DNA of 32,541 nt from Nemertoderma westbladi. Lineage: Eukaryota > Animalia > Xenacoelomorpha. A program made the position numbers and the translations under genes. The stretch is from positions 1-32,541 of the forward strand of contig JAUCBJ010006087.1 in assembly GCA_032718475.1 (NCBI GenBank). The letters are read 5' to 3'. Each line of letters starts with the position of its first letter. The first letter of the stretch is position 1. Under the pieces are notes generated by a model, which saw only the letters and a list, made by a program, of their open reading frames with translations, was not told the DNA's origin and made no database searches. This document shows positions 9,934-22,241 of the stretch, one piece after another.

Positions 9934-11367
9934 ATGAACCATCCATCAGTGGAAACGAGCTCGGACCTCATTGATATGAGGGATGAGCCCAGACGAGTAT
10001 CAGTCGTGGATAGCAGGATCGAGTCGGGCCGAGAACTCGCCCGAACCCCGAGAACGAACCCAACACAAGCGGAGGGCGCCTGGCAACCAACAACGAGCCC
10101 AGGCTGTGTGGCACGCTCAATTCCTGGGGCTGCTAGAGCAAGCATCGGCGCTCGCTTACGCACTAGCAGCTTGGTGGGAACTGGGCAGGGGCCACCCACT
10201 CAACCACAACGAGCTGTCCTCCCAACTCACGAACCTGAACCGGCCAATATTCGACACAAACCTGAAAGAACCTCGACACAGATAACACGACCCAAAGACC
10301 CCCAGATCCAACGATCATCACGATCACAACGAAGTGCTGTTTTGATTGACCCCCAACAACCAGAGATCCTTAAACGACGATCTCAACGAGCAGAACTGAC
10401 TCTGTTTGGAACTGTTGAGAACCCAACTGGTGAACTGCCGGTGGAACCGGAGCTAAGTATACTTTTAAATAAAATAACGGTCTACATAGATCATATACGT
10501 GCGTGCGGAGAGGAACAAAGGGCTGTTGAGATCGAGGACCGGGTCAAAGCCCAGTGTCAATCTCGAGAGACCCGTTCCAATCCAAACGTTAGGAGGGGAC
10601 CCAGAGGAACCCAGAGTGAAGATCTGAGGGAGGGAGACCCGACCCCAAGCATTATCACCGAGGTGCCACGCATTGATCCAGAGGATTCTGTGTCCCAGGT
10701 GAAACCAGACTCCATCTGGGAGAATGTCCCTAGGCAGAATGATCGTGTTTCAGGGGTCGGATCTATACACTCATCCACGATCAATCGAATGAGAACGAAT
10801 GCAGGGATTGAACAAGCAAGAATGGAGCTAGCGGATGGCATGAGAGAACAAGAGCGTGAGTTAGAGAGAGAAAATAAAAGGAGAGTGAGTGAACGTGAAC
10901 TGGAAAGAATAGAAAAAGAGGAACGTGAGGAACGTGAGAAAAGGGAATGTGACAAAAGGGAACGAGAGAGAAGGGAACGAGTACAAAAGATAGCAGATGA
11001 GATGGAATGGGATAAAAGGGAAGGTGAGATAGAAAGGGAATGGGCAAGGGCCAAGAGGGAAATGGTTCGGCTAAATGCAGAACAGTGCATATTACGTATG
11101 GAAGAGGAGGCATCTCAACTTGGAATTTCCCAGAAGGGAAATAAAACCAAGTGTGATTCAATGAATGTACTAACTACTGTAGAACCCAATATACTAACTA
11201 CTGTAGAAGCCAATAACCTAACTACTGTAGAACCCAATAACCGAGAAATTGAAAGTAATCTTCTAGCCATAGAAACACCCCGTTATCCATCACCCGTACG
11301 TAGAATATCAGCGCGTACATACAGTAAGGAAACCTGTTATTACATCAAAACCCGAATATTGTATTAG
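9934..11367 (+). pseudogene. BEL Gag N-terminal segment (E/R-rich coiled coil)
   Basis: IDPEDSVSQV motif and charged helix typical of BEL Gag N-termini. Three 27-bp LTTVEPN repeats at ~11170-11240. The reading frame appears to continue at +1 into the next ORF. Confidence 0.75.
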
Positions 11368-11383
11368 TAGCAGAACAACAGCA

Positions 11384-12466
11384 ATGACAGGGCGCTTTAA
11401 TAACACGTTAGGCAACTCTGCTTCAAAGGGCCCCAGAGGGGCTAAGAACCAAACATATAATTTGGAAAGCCCAACAAATACTGTAAATGCTGCAGTTACC
11501 AGCTGTATACATAGAACAGGGCACCATATTGAAACCCCTGTGTCAATCATCCAGTACACTGGTGACGAATTGTCAGAACAAGCAGGCATGAATCATAACA
11601 TTCAGACTCAAGTACCGGTACCGGATTGCAGCAGAAGGCCTAATAGACGGCTGCATTCGACCGGTCCGCCGGTAACACATTCTGCGCCAGTTTGCGGTAC
11701 ACCAGATTACAGCTGCAGTGATCAGCTACATGCGACTGGTCCGCCGCTATCCAATTCTATAGGCCTACCTGTACGCAGTACACCAGACTGCACAGCATGC
11801 AGTAGGCAGAATCCCGATTATTATTATTTACCGGTATCTAGCCAGAACCATAGGCCTAATGCTAATAGTAATACTCAAATACCGGTATCTGAAAGTTTAG
11901 ATAGGCCTAATCTTAATGTAGGCCTACCGGTATCTTATGATTATAGGCCAAGTTATGTAGGCTTACCTAACAGCCTGATGCATACCGGTACTGTTAATCA
12001 TAGATGTAGCCCTGCTGATGTAGGTCAAAATCAACATCATTCTATAGACCACCCTATCCCATCCGAATTAAATCAAAATATCGGTATCGAATATGAACCA
12101 AGGTATGGCTATGGAACACCATTGAGCAGTACCAGTAACCCAAGCCATTTAAACCCCAGAGCCGAGGAATTTCTACCCATCCCCATAGGCGAAGTAGGAA
12201 TGCCAGATGGCCAATATAAATACAAAACCCATAGCGAAGTGAGTGAAACCCCACAGCAACGGGCAGTAACCTTTTCAAATCAAATAAATAATGGACCCGG
12301 ATTATCAAAAATACCGAGTCTAGCGTACCCATCTATAGGAGCGCAAAGACAACAGAATAAAAATAATGCCGCTGGCTACATTTACACAGGAGAAGCAGCC
12401 CCACATGGACCCCCTTATGTACAAGCAGGAAAGGTCCCTCAATGTTATCAGAGCGGAGGAGAGTGA
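11384..12466 (+). pseudogene. BEL Gag low-complexity middle segment
   Basis: The frame is open from ~11273, overlapping the previous ORF. Contains LNPRAEEF (PAM2-like LNPxAxEF, common in BEL Gag). Overlaps the next ORF at +1. Confidence 0.65.
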
Positions 12467-15400
12467 GTTAAGTCATATGGCGGCAATAACAGACGCCATA
12501 AAAGCCAAGCTAGAACTGCCACAGGCTAAACCGTTTACCTTCAGTGGAGAATACCCGGAAGAATATATTCAGTTTCGACAGCTATATACCACTGAAATTC
12601 TACTGAAACATAACCTGTCAGAAGCACAGAAGATGACCTACCTGATGGTTTACACTACTGGCAAAGCAAAGGAAGTTGTTAGACAATATGCAGGCCTAAC
12701 AGACAGTTTGCGACTAGCATGGGAAGCCATTGAAAAGCGATATGGAAATCCTTCACGTATTATGCAGGCAACAATCAACAAATTGGTCACTAACAAACAA
12801 ATCACCACGACTGCCGAGTTTAGGGACTTTACAGAAAGGGTAAACAAAGCCCTGGTTGCCTTGAAGGAACTCGATATGCCACATGAGTTGAATGGAATCC
12901 ATAACATGCGAAAAATAATTGAACTAATTCCCTATTGGGCGAGGAACGCATGGAGAAAGGAAGCAGCACGGACTCGCAGCCAACTGAACCGCGAACCAAC
13001 CATGAACCAACTGGCGAAATTCCTTTCAGATCAAACCGAGATACAAGATGACCCTGTATTCGCAGAGGGACTACTATCAGCTGGCATCGCTGAGCGCCGG
13101 GACCGATCACATTCACGGGATGACTCAACCCGACAATCGAGAGCAGATTACCCGCGAAAAACAAATATGCTGGTACCAAAGAAATCATTTGAATCTAACA
13201 AAGGGATGATAAAACCTGAACGAGAGCAAGTCTACACAACAACGTCGACTAGTCCGATGAAGAGCCTACAATCGGACAAACAAGTCCGTTTCTCCAGCTA
13301 CTCCCCGAAGCCACATACCCCAGATAGAGATTCCCAGGAGTTGGTATACACCCTTGCAACCTGTGATCCAAGCGCAAAGTGCTATCTACATCCAAATGCA
13401 AGGGACCATCAATTCGTGCAGTGTACCCAATGGATAAATGCCGCTGCGGATGAAAAATGGGACTATTTAAAGAAGAATGGACTGTGTAGGAGATGCTATG
13501 GGCGTGGCCACATTGGACGCGACTGTCCGCGCAACTCCAACACCAGGCGTGAACCCAGAACATATGAACGATCCAGATCGTACTCACCCGGAGGAGCGAG
13601 CGGGCTGACACCCCTCACAAAGGAAACTAAAAATCTAAAACCCCATAGTAACCAAGGAGATACTGATACTACTACTGTTAACCAAAATAAAAATGAGAAT
13701 CTAACATCTAAGACAGGGGGGGATCAGACCCAACATCCTAACCCTGCCTGGATGGCGAGATACAAGGATCCCCAGGGATCTGAAGTGAGTGGAACCACTG
13801 TTAATAAGACCCAGGCAGTGACCCACATGGCGACATGTATGTCCCTGTCAGGGATTAAAGTGTACCTCAAAATTGTACCAGTAAAAGTAATGTATAAAAA
13901 TGAAAAACAAGCAACAACATATGCCTTCCTAGATGATGGTGCGACTATAAGTCTAATAAGTCGTACCCTTGCTGATACTCTGGGAATGGAGGGAACCAGA
14001 ACTAAGTTAGGCCTGGCCATGGTGGGCCACCAGACAACATCAATGGGGGCCATGAGTACCAAGTGCTCCATAGGTGCTCTGGAAGGCCGAGGGACACTCA
14101 TCATTCATGATGCTGAGGTAGAAGTAATACCAGACGTTGGAGTTAACTGTACCCAACCAGATGAGGTAGAAATTGAGAGATACCAACACTTAAAGGGAAT
14201 TAACTTAACAAACTTGCACATTGACATACCCTATGTGACTGTACTGCTTGGGATGAACAATCCTGAGGCACATGAAGAACTGGAAGTTAGGAAAGGTAGC
14301 AACCCAGGGAAGACACCATGGGGAAAGCTAACACCATTTGGGTGGTGTGTGACTGGACCACTGGAAACAACAGACTATATACACAACAAAACGAAGCGAG
14401 GTCTGGTGAATCATGTGGAAATAACTAAAGACTTAGAGACATTACTGAATAGGGACTGTGAGGGCCTTCATGACAACACATTGGGAGACTCTCCAGAGGA
14501 CCGTAGGGCCTTACAGACTCTTAAGGACTCAATCCAACTGATAGATGGACACTACGAGGTAGACATGTTGTGGAAGGACCCCAATGGACGGCTTGAAAAC
14601 AACTACATAATGGCGAGAAATCGTCTGAGAAAGTTAAAAGAAAAACTGAGGAAACTACCAGCAGCAGAAGAAGCCATAAACAAGGCAATATGTAAGTATA
14701 TAGAAAGGGGCTGGGCAATAGAACTTCCAGAGGACATACAGGAAACTGACTGGACGTATTACTTACCGATACACACAGTGTGGGAACCAAGAAAGAACAA
14801 ATACCGAGTAGTACATGATGCCGCAGCGAAGTACCATGGAAAATCGCTAAATGATTACCTTGTTCGTGGACCCAATATATACAACACAGGACTAGACGTT
14901 CTTCTAAGATTCAGGAAGGGAATATTTGCTTTCACATGCGATGTGGAAGCAATGTTCCACCAGGTACGAGTGAACCCAAAAGACAGCAACAGCTTACGGT
15001 TCCTTTGGTATGAAGGGGAGCTAGGCTCAAAGGAACCCAAAATCTACAAAATGATCGTCCATATTTTTGGTACTAATTCATCTCCATGTGTGACAACATA
15101 CGCATTGAGAGAGACTACAAATGGTGAGAATCCTGCAATCCAGAATCCATCAGCAGATACAGTGGAAATGATTCGAGAACATTTTTATGTTGATGGCGGA
15201 CATGAGACAGGAAACTCAGAGGAGGAGTTGGTCAGGATTGCCAAGGAGGCTAAACTTTGTTTAGCTGGGGGAGGATTCAACCTGACCAAGTTTTTATCAA
15301 ATTCCGAATATATTACCAACTGCATGACAGACGAGACCCAACAGGAGCCACTGAACAAACTGACCACAGAACCAGAATACAAATCAATGATAGAAGCTGA

Positions 15401-16061
15401 TGGAGACAGTGACGAAGTTCGAGCTTTAGGGATAGTCTGGAACCGAAGAACAGATGCATTTGAGTACCATATGGCGAAAATGAAAAGAGGGAAACATACT
15501 AAAAGGGAATATCTATCCTTTGTTGCCCGGATCTATGATCCAATGGGTCTACTCTCAAGGATCACAGTTGTTGGTCGACAAATACTTAGGGAAGCCCATC
15601 TACTGAAAGTAGGTTGGAATGCTGAACTTCCCGAAGGAATAAGGAAGAAATGGGACAAATGGATGGATAGTTTACAACTACTAGATAAGATCACGATAGA
15701 TCGGGCCTACTTTCCCGACGGAAACATGGAAAACTTAGAGATACATATCTTCAGTGACGCCTCAGACAAAGGCTATGGAGCAGTAGCCTATGTGGTTCAA
15801 CGACAGAATAATAGAAGGAGGGCACGGGTTGCATATAGTAAGGTGAGACCGGCCCCATTAAAAATCATCACAATTCCTAGGATAGAACTCATGGCAGCTT
15901 TATTAGGAGTGAGAATAGGAAGACAGTTAGGAAAGGCGATTGGAAATATACAAACCTGGTATTTTTGGACTGACTCTACCACTGTTATTCATTATATCAG
16001 GACTGACGCACGAAGATTCAAAGTCTTTGTTGCTAATGAGTTGCAGAAATCCAAGAACTAA
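12366..16061 (+). pseudogene. BEL Gag core - protease - RT - RNase H
   Basis: FSGEYPEEY, CRRCYGRGHIGRDC zinc knuckle, AFLDDGAT protease, RVVHDAA / DVEAMFHQV / FG..SSP / FYVDG RT motifs, FSDAS, TIPRIEL, WTDS. A 1-bp deletion at ~16038 (VANRVAEIQ reads VANELQ) breaks the link to integrase. Confidence 0.93.
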
Positions 16062-17779
16062 CGGACATCAACAACTGGAACTATTGTCCAACGTCAATAA
16101 ATCCCGCAGACCAAATATCGAGAGGAATAATTGGTACACAGAAGAAGGAAGACGAAGATCTGTGGCAATATGGCCCGGAGTACCTTAAGGATGAAGGAAG
16201 ATGGCCTGAATTCCCAGGAGGTCCACAGGCCCTACTGGAAGGAGTCAAAGGGGATGACCCGGAATTACGCAGGGAAGTAGTAATGTCAACCACAATAAGA
16301 GAGAAACCAACAATGACAGAGCGATTACTCCACCATGATCGCTCATGGTATGACACTAAACGGCGTGTAGCGCGATGGAGGATGTGGATGGCTTGGATAC
16401 GAACACGGAAAAGTGGAGGGCCCCGACCAGAACTACATGTGGAAAATGCAGGGATGGCTATCATAAAGTACATTCAACAGGAGGGCTTCCCAGATGAAGT
16501 GGAGAAACTAGTGGTTGGAAAACCTATCCCGAAAGACAGCAACCTGAGACCATTGAGCCCCATTATGAAGGATGGAGTAGTCTGTATGGGCTCCCGGGTG
16601 GGGAATGCTCCAGGAGGGATTGTCCCTGATTGCCCCATATTGATCCCGAAAGACTCAGTTATCGTGGATAAGATTATACACGATTCCCATGAAGCCTCAC
16701 AACATGGAGGTGTGGAAGCAACACTCACGAGGATACGGAGGAAATTCTGGATTCCAGCAGTCAGGAGAAGAGTGAAGGGCTGGGTGGAGAAGTGTGTTAC
16801 CTGTCGCACCATTCGCCGACAGAGGGTGGAGCAGGTGATGGCACCTTTACCTGCGGAGCGGATAACACCCTATGAGCCACCATTCACAAATTGTGGTGTT
16901 GACCTCTTTGGTCCTATTAATGTCAAAGTGGGCCGACGATACGAGAAACAATGGGGTTCCATATTCGTGTGTTACGCCTCAAGGGCTGTTGCCCTGGAAT
17001 TAGTTAAAGATGCAAGCGCAAACTCAATTATTAATGCACTCAGAAGATTCATTACAAGGTGTGGAGCAGTGCGAAGGATTAGCTCTGATAATGGGTCGAA
17101 TTTCATTGGAGCTAATCGAGAACTTCAAGATCTCTACCGGATTGCGCAAACACCTGCTATTGAAGAACATGCAAGGAAACAAGGTGTCAAGTGGAAATTC
17201 CATACCCCTTATGCCCCCCATTCTTCAGGAGTCTGGGAAAGACTTGTAGGAAGTGCTGAGCGGCTCTTAGAGGCAAGCACCCGAAATCGATGCCTTGATG
17301 AGGACGCATTCCGCACAGTGTTAGCAGAAACAGAAGCAACAATGAATGCGCGGCCGCTATGTGCGTTAAATGATGACCCGAATTCTTACGAGGTTTTGAC
17401 ACCAAACCATCTACTACTGAGGAGACCAGTCCAGGTTTTGAGTAAAGACCTGTTCGACGAGAATGACCTATATTCCAGAAAGACATGGAAAGTAATACAA
17501 GTAGTATCAAAGATATTCTGGCGCCAATGGGTAACTGAATATTTACCAACCCTTCACAAGCGACACAAGTGGCGGGTGGAAAGGAGAGATCTGAAACCGG
17601 GAGATCTAGTCATAGTGACAGATGACACCCTAGCGAAACACGATTGGGTGATGGCTAGAGTAGTAAATTGCCTGCAGGGACCCGATGGGCACACTAGAAC
17701 AGTCGAATTGAAGACAAGTGGAAAGAAACTTGTAAGACGTCCGATAAGCAAATGTTGCTTATTGGAGCAAACTGTCTAA
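16040..17779 (+). pseudogene. BEL RNase H end and integrase
   Basis: VAEIQELT..WNYCPTSINPADQISRG upstream of the listed ORF. Then HEASQHGG...CVTC, GVDLFGP, SDNGSNF, GVWERLV, LTPNHLL, RPISKCCLL. Confidence 0.93.
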
Positions 17780-18940
17780 TTTATGCCAAAGGCATGGGGG
17801 GAGGGTCCATGTATACCTCAAATCGTACCTAAATTAAGATTCATAATATATTATCAAATTTACAAATGAGTAGAAGAAAACTGAACTAGTACTTTAGGAT
17901 AGGCAGATACCGGTATATAGGTACATTGACTGAATGGTAACCTGGGGTGAAATTTATGTTTCCGGAACATAAAATGTACGTGTGAAATGAATGAATGGTT
18001 ATATGACGCAATACTGAACACAGCCCTAATGAACAATGAACTTGCAACTTCTCAGTTGCGGAATGAACTGAAGGAATGAATGAATGGAACAATTGTAGTA
18101 TAAAATGAACTTAAATTATGGGAAACATAGATTTCATTAGCAGCAACCATAGAACATGAAACTAGCAAATTCCAGAATGTATAATAAAACTTTATAGTGT
18201 AACTGACCATTTAGTCGATTATGGATATTATACGTTATTAATGATAGTACTTGATCTGGATATCTGGATATAGAAGAATTATCATATATATAACTAGCTT
18301 ATTAGAATTAATCTCCGAGGAGCCGTAATGAGGACTGTGATGTGTAAAGGATGCAGTGGCGAAGTGGTACCACGGGGAGAAACATTTAAAATTTGGCTTA
18401 TGAACTGTCTTGTCTCAGGGTACGAAATGGAGGGACGCGAAAGTATCGTGACCGCGAATTCTGATAGAAGGGAAGGATTCCCCCTGCAGGAGACCCCATG
18501 GGGGGAGTGACCATGGTAGTAGCGACTAGTGGTGACCGTGGATGGAGCGTTTATATTCGATTGTTATTACAAAAATAAACGAGGGACCCCATAATCATGA
18601 AAGGGAAATACATTATTTGATATGCTCTAACCATATATATATATATAATTGAATGGCACTACTTTTGCAATACGTACCTAGGATGAACTAACTAGCGATT
18701 TATCTTGAAGCATTATTGAACTACGAAATATTTCGTATATCGGTATTTTAAAAGGACTTGAATGAATTGTAATGAATTTATAGAGGGAAATAGGAAACCA
18801 CTCATGGTTTGGCAAGCCATGAGCGTGTAATGTCGCCAGGGGGCCTACATCGCGGAATGACAGTTGATATATATCGTTTTCGGACTCAAACTTTTTAATA
18901 TAGTCGTGATTTCCTCGAGAAACCATTTATAGTGGTTTCT

Positions 18941-18950
18941 GGGGGGAGTT
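18941..18950 (+). other. BEL polypurine tract
   Basis: GGGGGGAGTT directly before the TGTT of the 3' LTR. Confidence 0.85.
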
Positions 18951-19670
18951 TGTTCCCGACTATAGTCAGTATTTCATCGTACAGTATGGCCCAAAATTCT
19001 TATCACCTGTTATTGCCGTAGAAATTCCATTTTATTGAGTGAGAATGTCATGACGTCATAACATGACGTCACAAAAGTAAAAGTATAGTGTATCTTGCAT
19101 GAAGGCTTGCTTGCCTCATGTTCACGAGAGAATTATCATATCCTATAATGAGTGAGTGAATAATAGAACCATTTAAAGTGAAAGGACACATTGAGTGAGA
19201 GGCAATAATGGAAGTGTAAGGCATCCTCTGGGATTTACCCTCACCTGTGTATATTGGTGTATAACGTATTATATATTTTGGCCCCATTTTCTATGGCCTA
19301 TTGTTATTTGGTAAACCAATCCCAGATGGCTTTCCTTCCATTCATATATGACAAGAGCAGGATGACATTAGATTCATTCTGTCGATATAACTTTGTAGAA
19401 ACGTTACATAGTTTTCACCGTTTGTTCTGACCTATTGATCACTGAACTTAACTATTATCGTTCTAATTGAACTGAATGTACAGTGCATTTGTACTGTACG
19501 TGTTATAAGTCATTCGTTTGAAGGAAGGAAGCGTCATCATGTGATTGTGCACTGGTGCCGTTTATACATATTGAACATTAAAGTAACTAGGACTTGAACT
19601 GAGTTTTCTTGACGAACAAAACGGACGCGTAGAAACGACGTTCTTAGAGGGAAAGAATATCGACGGAACA
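18951..19670 (+). repeat. BEL 3' LTR (720 bp)
   Basis: Direct repeat of 9118-9835. Confidence 0.95.
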
Positions 19671-21720
19671 CAAAGCCGCCCAGATCTCCGCAGTGAACTG
19701 GCTGCCCCGATCTGAGGTGATCCTCTGGGGGACTCCAAACCGTGCGACCCATGCGCTGAACATTGCTCTGGCACAGTCATCTGAGGTCGGTGGTCCAGCC
19801 ATTGGAATCACCTCACACCATCTGGTAAAGCGGTCGATGATGGTGAACAGGTGGTCAAAACCACGAGACACAGGGAGAGGGCCAACTATGTCGACATGGA
19901 TGTGCGCAAAGCGCTCCAGGGGTGCGTCGAGGTGTTGGAGTGGAGCCTTGGTGTGTTTGGTGATTTTGGCATACTGGCATGCATGGCACATCTGTGCCCA
20001 CTGAATACAGTTCTTTCTCATGGAAGGCCAGACGTATTTGGAGGCCACCATCTGGGCGGATGCCCGGGCTCCAGGATGCAGTGGTGCTTGCAATGCCTGG
20101 AAGATTCGTCGACGCCAGGATGCTGGAATGAATGGCCGCGGTTGACTGGTCCGTCTGATGTCGCACCAGAGGCTGACGCCATTGTCGGCACTTCGTATCT
20201 GTCGCAAGACGAGGCCGGTGGCCAAGTCTCCAGCCTGAAGGAGTCGGGTTAGGTCTGGATCAGTCTTCTGAGCTTTTGCCATGTCGGCAAAATCAATAGT
20301 GACTGGCAGGATGGGTGCTAAGTCGAGGGCATCGTTCGTAAAAGGTGTGGATGCAGCATCGGAGGCTGACCTCGACATTGCGTTGGCGACAGCATTGTCT
20401 CTCCCTGGAAGGTGCACCAGGTCAGTAGTAAATTCAGAGATGTAACATAAATGGCGGATCTGGCGTGGTGTCTTATCTGCCGATGATGTGATGGCGCCGA
20501 CCAATGGTTTGTGGTCGGTGAAAACAGTGAACTTTCGCCCCTCGACGTACCAGGCAAAGTTCCTGATGGCCAGATAGACTGCCAGTAGCTCGCGATCGAA
20601 GGTGCTGTATTTAGTTTCAGCCAACTACATTTTCGCTGAAAAGAAGGAGAGAGGAACCCACATTCCGTCCTGGAATTGTTCAAGGACAGCGTCGACTGCA
20701 CGGTCAGATGCATCTGTAGAGATAGCAGTAAGGGCTCCCTCTCGGGGAAAGGCAAGAGTCGCGGCATTGAGCAGCAGCATCTTGACCTCCTGAAATGCAC
20801 GAAACTGGGGCCAGTTCCAGTCCAGTCGTGTTGGTTTACCTGCCAGAACCTTGTGGAGAGGTTGGAGGACGTGGGCGGCATGGGAGAGGAAGCATCTATA
20901 GAAGTTTATGACACCCAAGAACTCCTGAAGGTCTCTGACTGTTGCCGGTTCTGGGTACTGCTGGATTGCATCGATTCTGTCAGATGGTGGGCAGATGCCA
21001 TCAGCAGAGATGGAGTGTCCCAGGATTGTGAGACTAGGAACACTGAAGACACACTTTTCGATGCCCACATAGCATCCTGACATCCTTCTCATCCCACAAC
21101 TACCGATGAGAATGTCGTCCTGGTAGGGCTTGGAGGCTGGCACTGGTTCATATACCTCATCCATCAGTCTCTGCTGTGCCTGAGACGCATTGGACAGTCC
21201 AAACCCGACTCTGGTAGACTCGAACAGGCCGAACGGAGTCGTTATTGCTGTCTTTGCTATGTCGTCTTCATGGACAGGGATCTGATTGTAGGCGCGTTTG
21301 AGGTCAATCTTAGTAAAGAGATTGCAACCTGCGAATTTGTGTGCAAAGTCCTGGATGTTGGGCAGTGGGTATGAGTCATCCTCTTTGATTGAGTTCAATT
21401 TGCGGTAATCACCGCATGGGCGCCAAGAACCATCTGGCTTCGGCACCATGTGGAGTGGGCTGCTCCAGGCGCTCTTGGACCGCCGCATGCTGCCATCGGC
21501 AACTTGCCCAAGAATGACTCTCTTGGCAATTGCCAACTTTTCAGGATCGAGTCTGCGTGGTTTCGACCGGACAGGCGGCCCATGGGGAGGTATATGGTGG
21601 ATTACACCATGGGCGACTGTCTTCGAAGAGAAATCTGGTTGAGTAATCGACGGAAACTCGGCCAGGATGTCATTCCAGCGACTGCTGGAAGATGGCAGGA
21701 GGGAGGAGATGCTTGGGCAG
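19671..21720 (-). pseudogene. Gypsy pol: RT, RNase H, integrase N-terminal half (in-frame TAG at 20625-20627, small deletion after YQDD)
   Basis: WSSPLHMVPK, RPCGDYRKLN, KIDLKRAY, TPFGLF, PYQDDILI, TDAS, YSTFDRELLA, TDHKPL, HPG..CHAC, HVDIVGPLP, SDRGSQF. Confidence 0.95.
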
Positions 21721-21967
21721 TGCCCATATGCCAGGATCTGGAGGGAGGCATTTTGAGGGCTTCCGCAGCGGCGAGAGTATCGGCTGGGCCCACATGGAGA
21801 AGGGACAAGTTGCCCGGGTCCTGCCTGATCAGCAGGATAGCAACTGGGTTTTGGGCGAGGGCTGCCGCTGCGACTTGGGCATTGTGGATGAGTTGTTCCG
21901 CCTCTTCCCTCAACTCGTGGGGGGCGTTGGCGATCGCCTGAATTTGGTCCGCCAGCAACTTCACCAT
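21720..21967 (-). pseudogene. Gypsy gag N-terminal stub
   Basis: ATG just downstream of the PBS (MVKLLADQIQ...AEALKMPP). The sequence then jumps to the pre-RT linker, and no capsid core, zinc knuckle or D-T/S-G protease is found. Confidence 0.6.
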
Positions 21968-21983
21968 TATGCTGCGCGTTCAG

Positions 21984-22001
21984 ATCTCGTCTGGGGCACC
22001 A
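21984..22001 (-). other. Gypsy primer-binding site, tRNA-Trp-like
   Basis: Minus strand TGGTGCCCCAGACGAGAT, 1 nt after the LTR. Similar to the canonical Trp PBS TGGTGACCCCGACGTGAT. Confidence 0.7.
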
Positions 22002-22002
22002 G

Positions 22003-22241
22003 TGTGGTGCACAGGCCGAAATGAGTTCTAGTTGAATGAGGCCCACATGCAACCAACAAGAAAAGACTTAATGACAGATTGACAGATAAAGTATATCAGT
22101 ATTGCAGTATTGCAGTAGTAGGTTATAGGTTATAGCATTAGGTACAACAGCAGTTCTCACATACCGGTAGGTAGGACTATATGTACCGATGAGTTAGGAC
22201 CACATGACATATGATATATATATGAATCCGAGTTCCCCACA
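22003..22241 (-). repeat. Gypsy 5' LTR (239 bp)
   Basis: TGTGG...CCACA termini. Matches the split LTR at 6892-8302. Confidence 0.95.

Larger units (their letters stand above)
9118..19670 (+). mobile_element. BEL/Pao LTR retrotransposon, full length (10.55 kb), defective
   Basis: LTRs 9118-9835 and 18951-19670, TG...CA ends, 5-bp TSD CAAAG (9113-9117, 19671-19675), BEL-type gag-PR-RT-RH-IN. Confidence 0.96.
6892..22241 (-). mobile_element. Ty3/Gypsy LTR retrotransposon, internally deleted, carrying two nested insertions
   Basis: Paired LTRs (TGTGG...CCACA), 4-bp TSD CGCT (6888-6891, 22242-22245), PBS next to the right LTR, PPT next to the left LTR, RT-RH-IN order on the minus strand. Confidence 0.95.

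Noticed and set aside
10557-11161. Antisense Ser/Leu-rich ORFs
   Set aside because: Shadows of the purine-rich E/R coiled-coil coding strand of BEL gag.
17780-18950. env-like gene in the BEL 3' region
   Set aside because: No long ORF, signal peptide or transmembrane segment on the sense strand.
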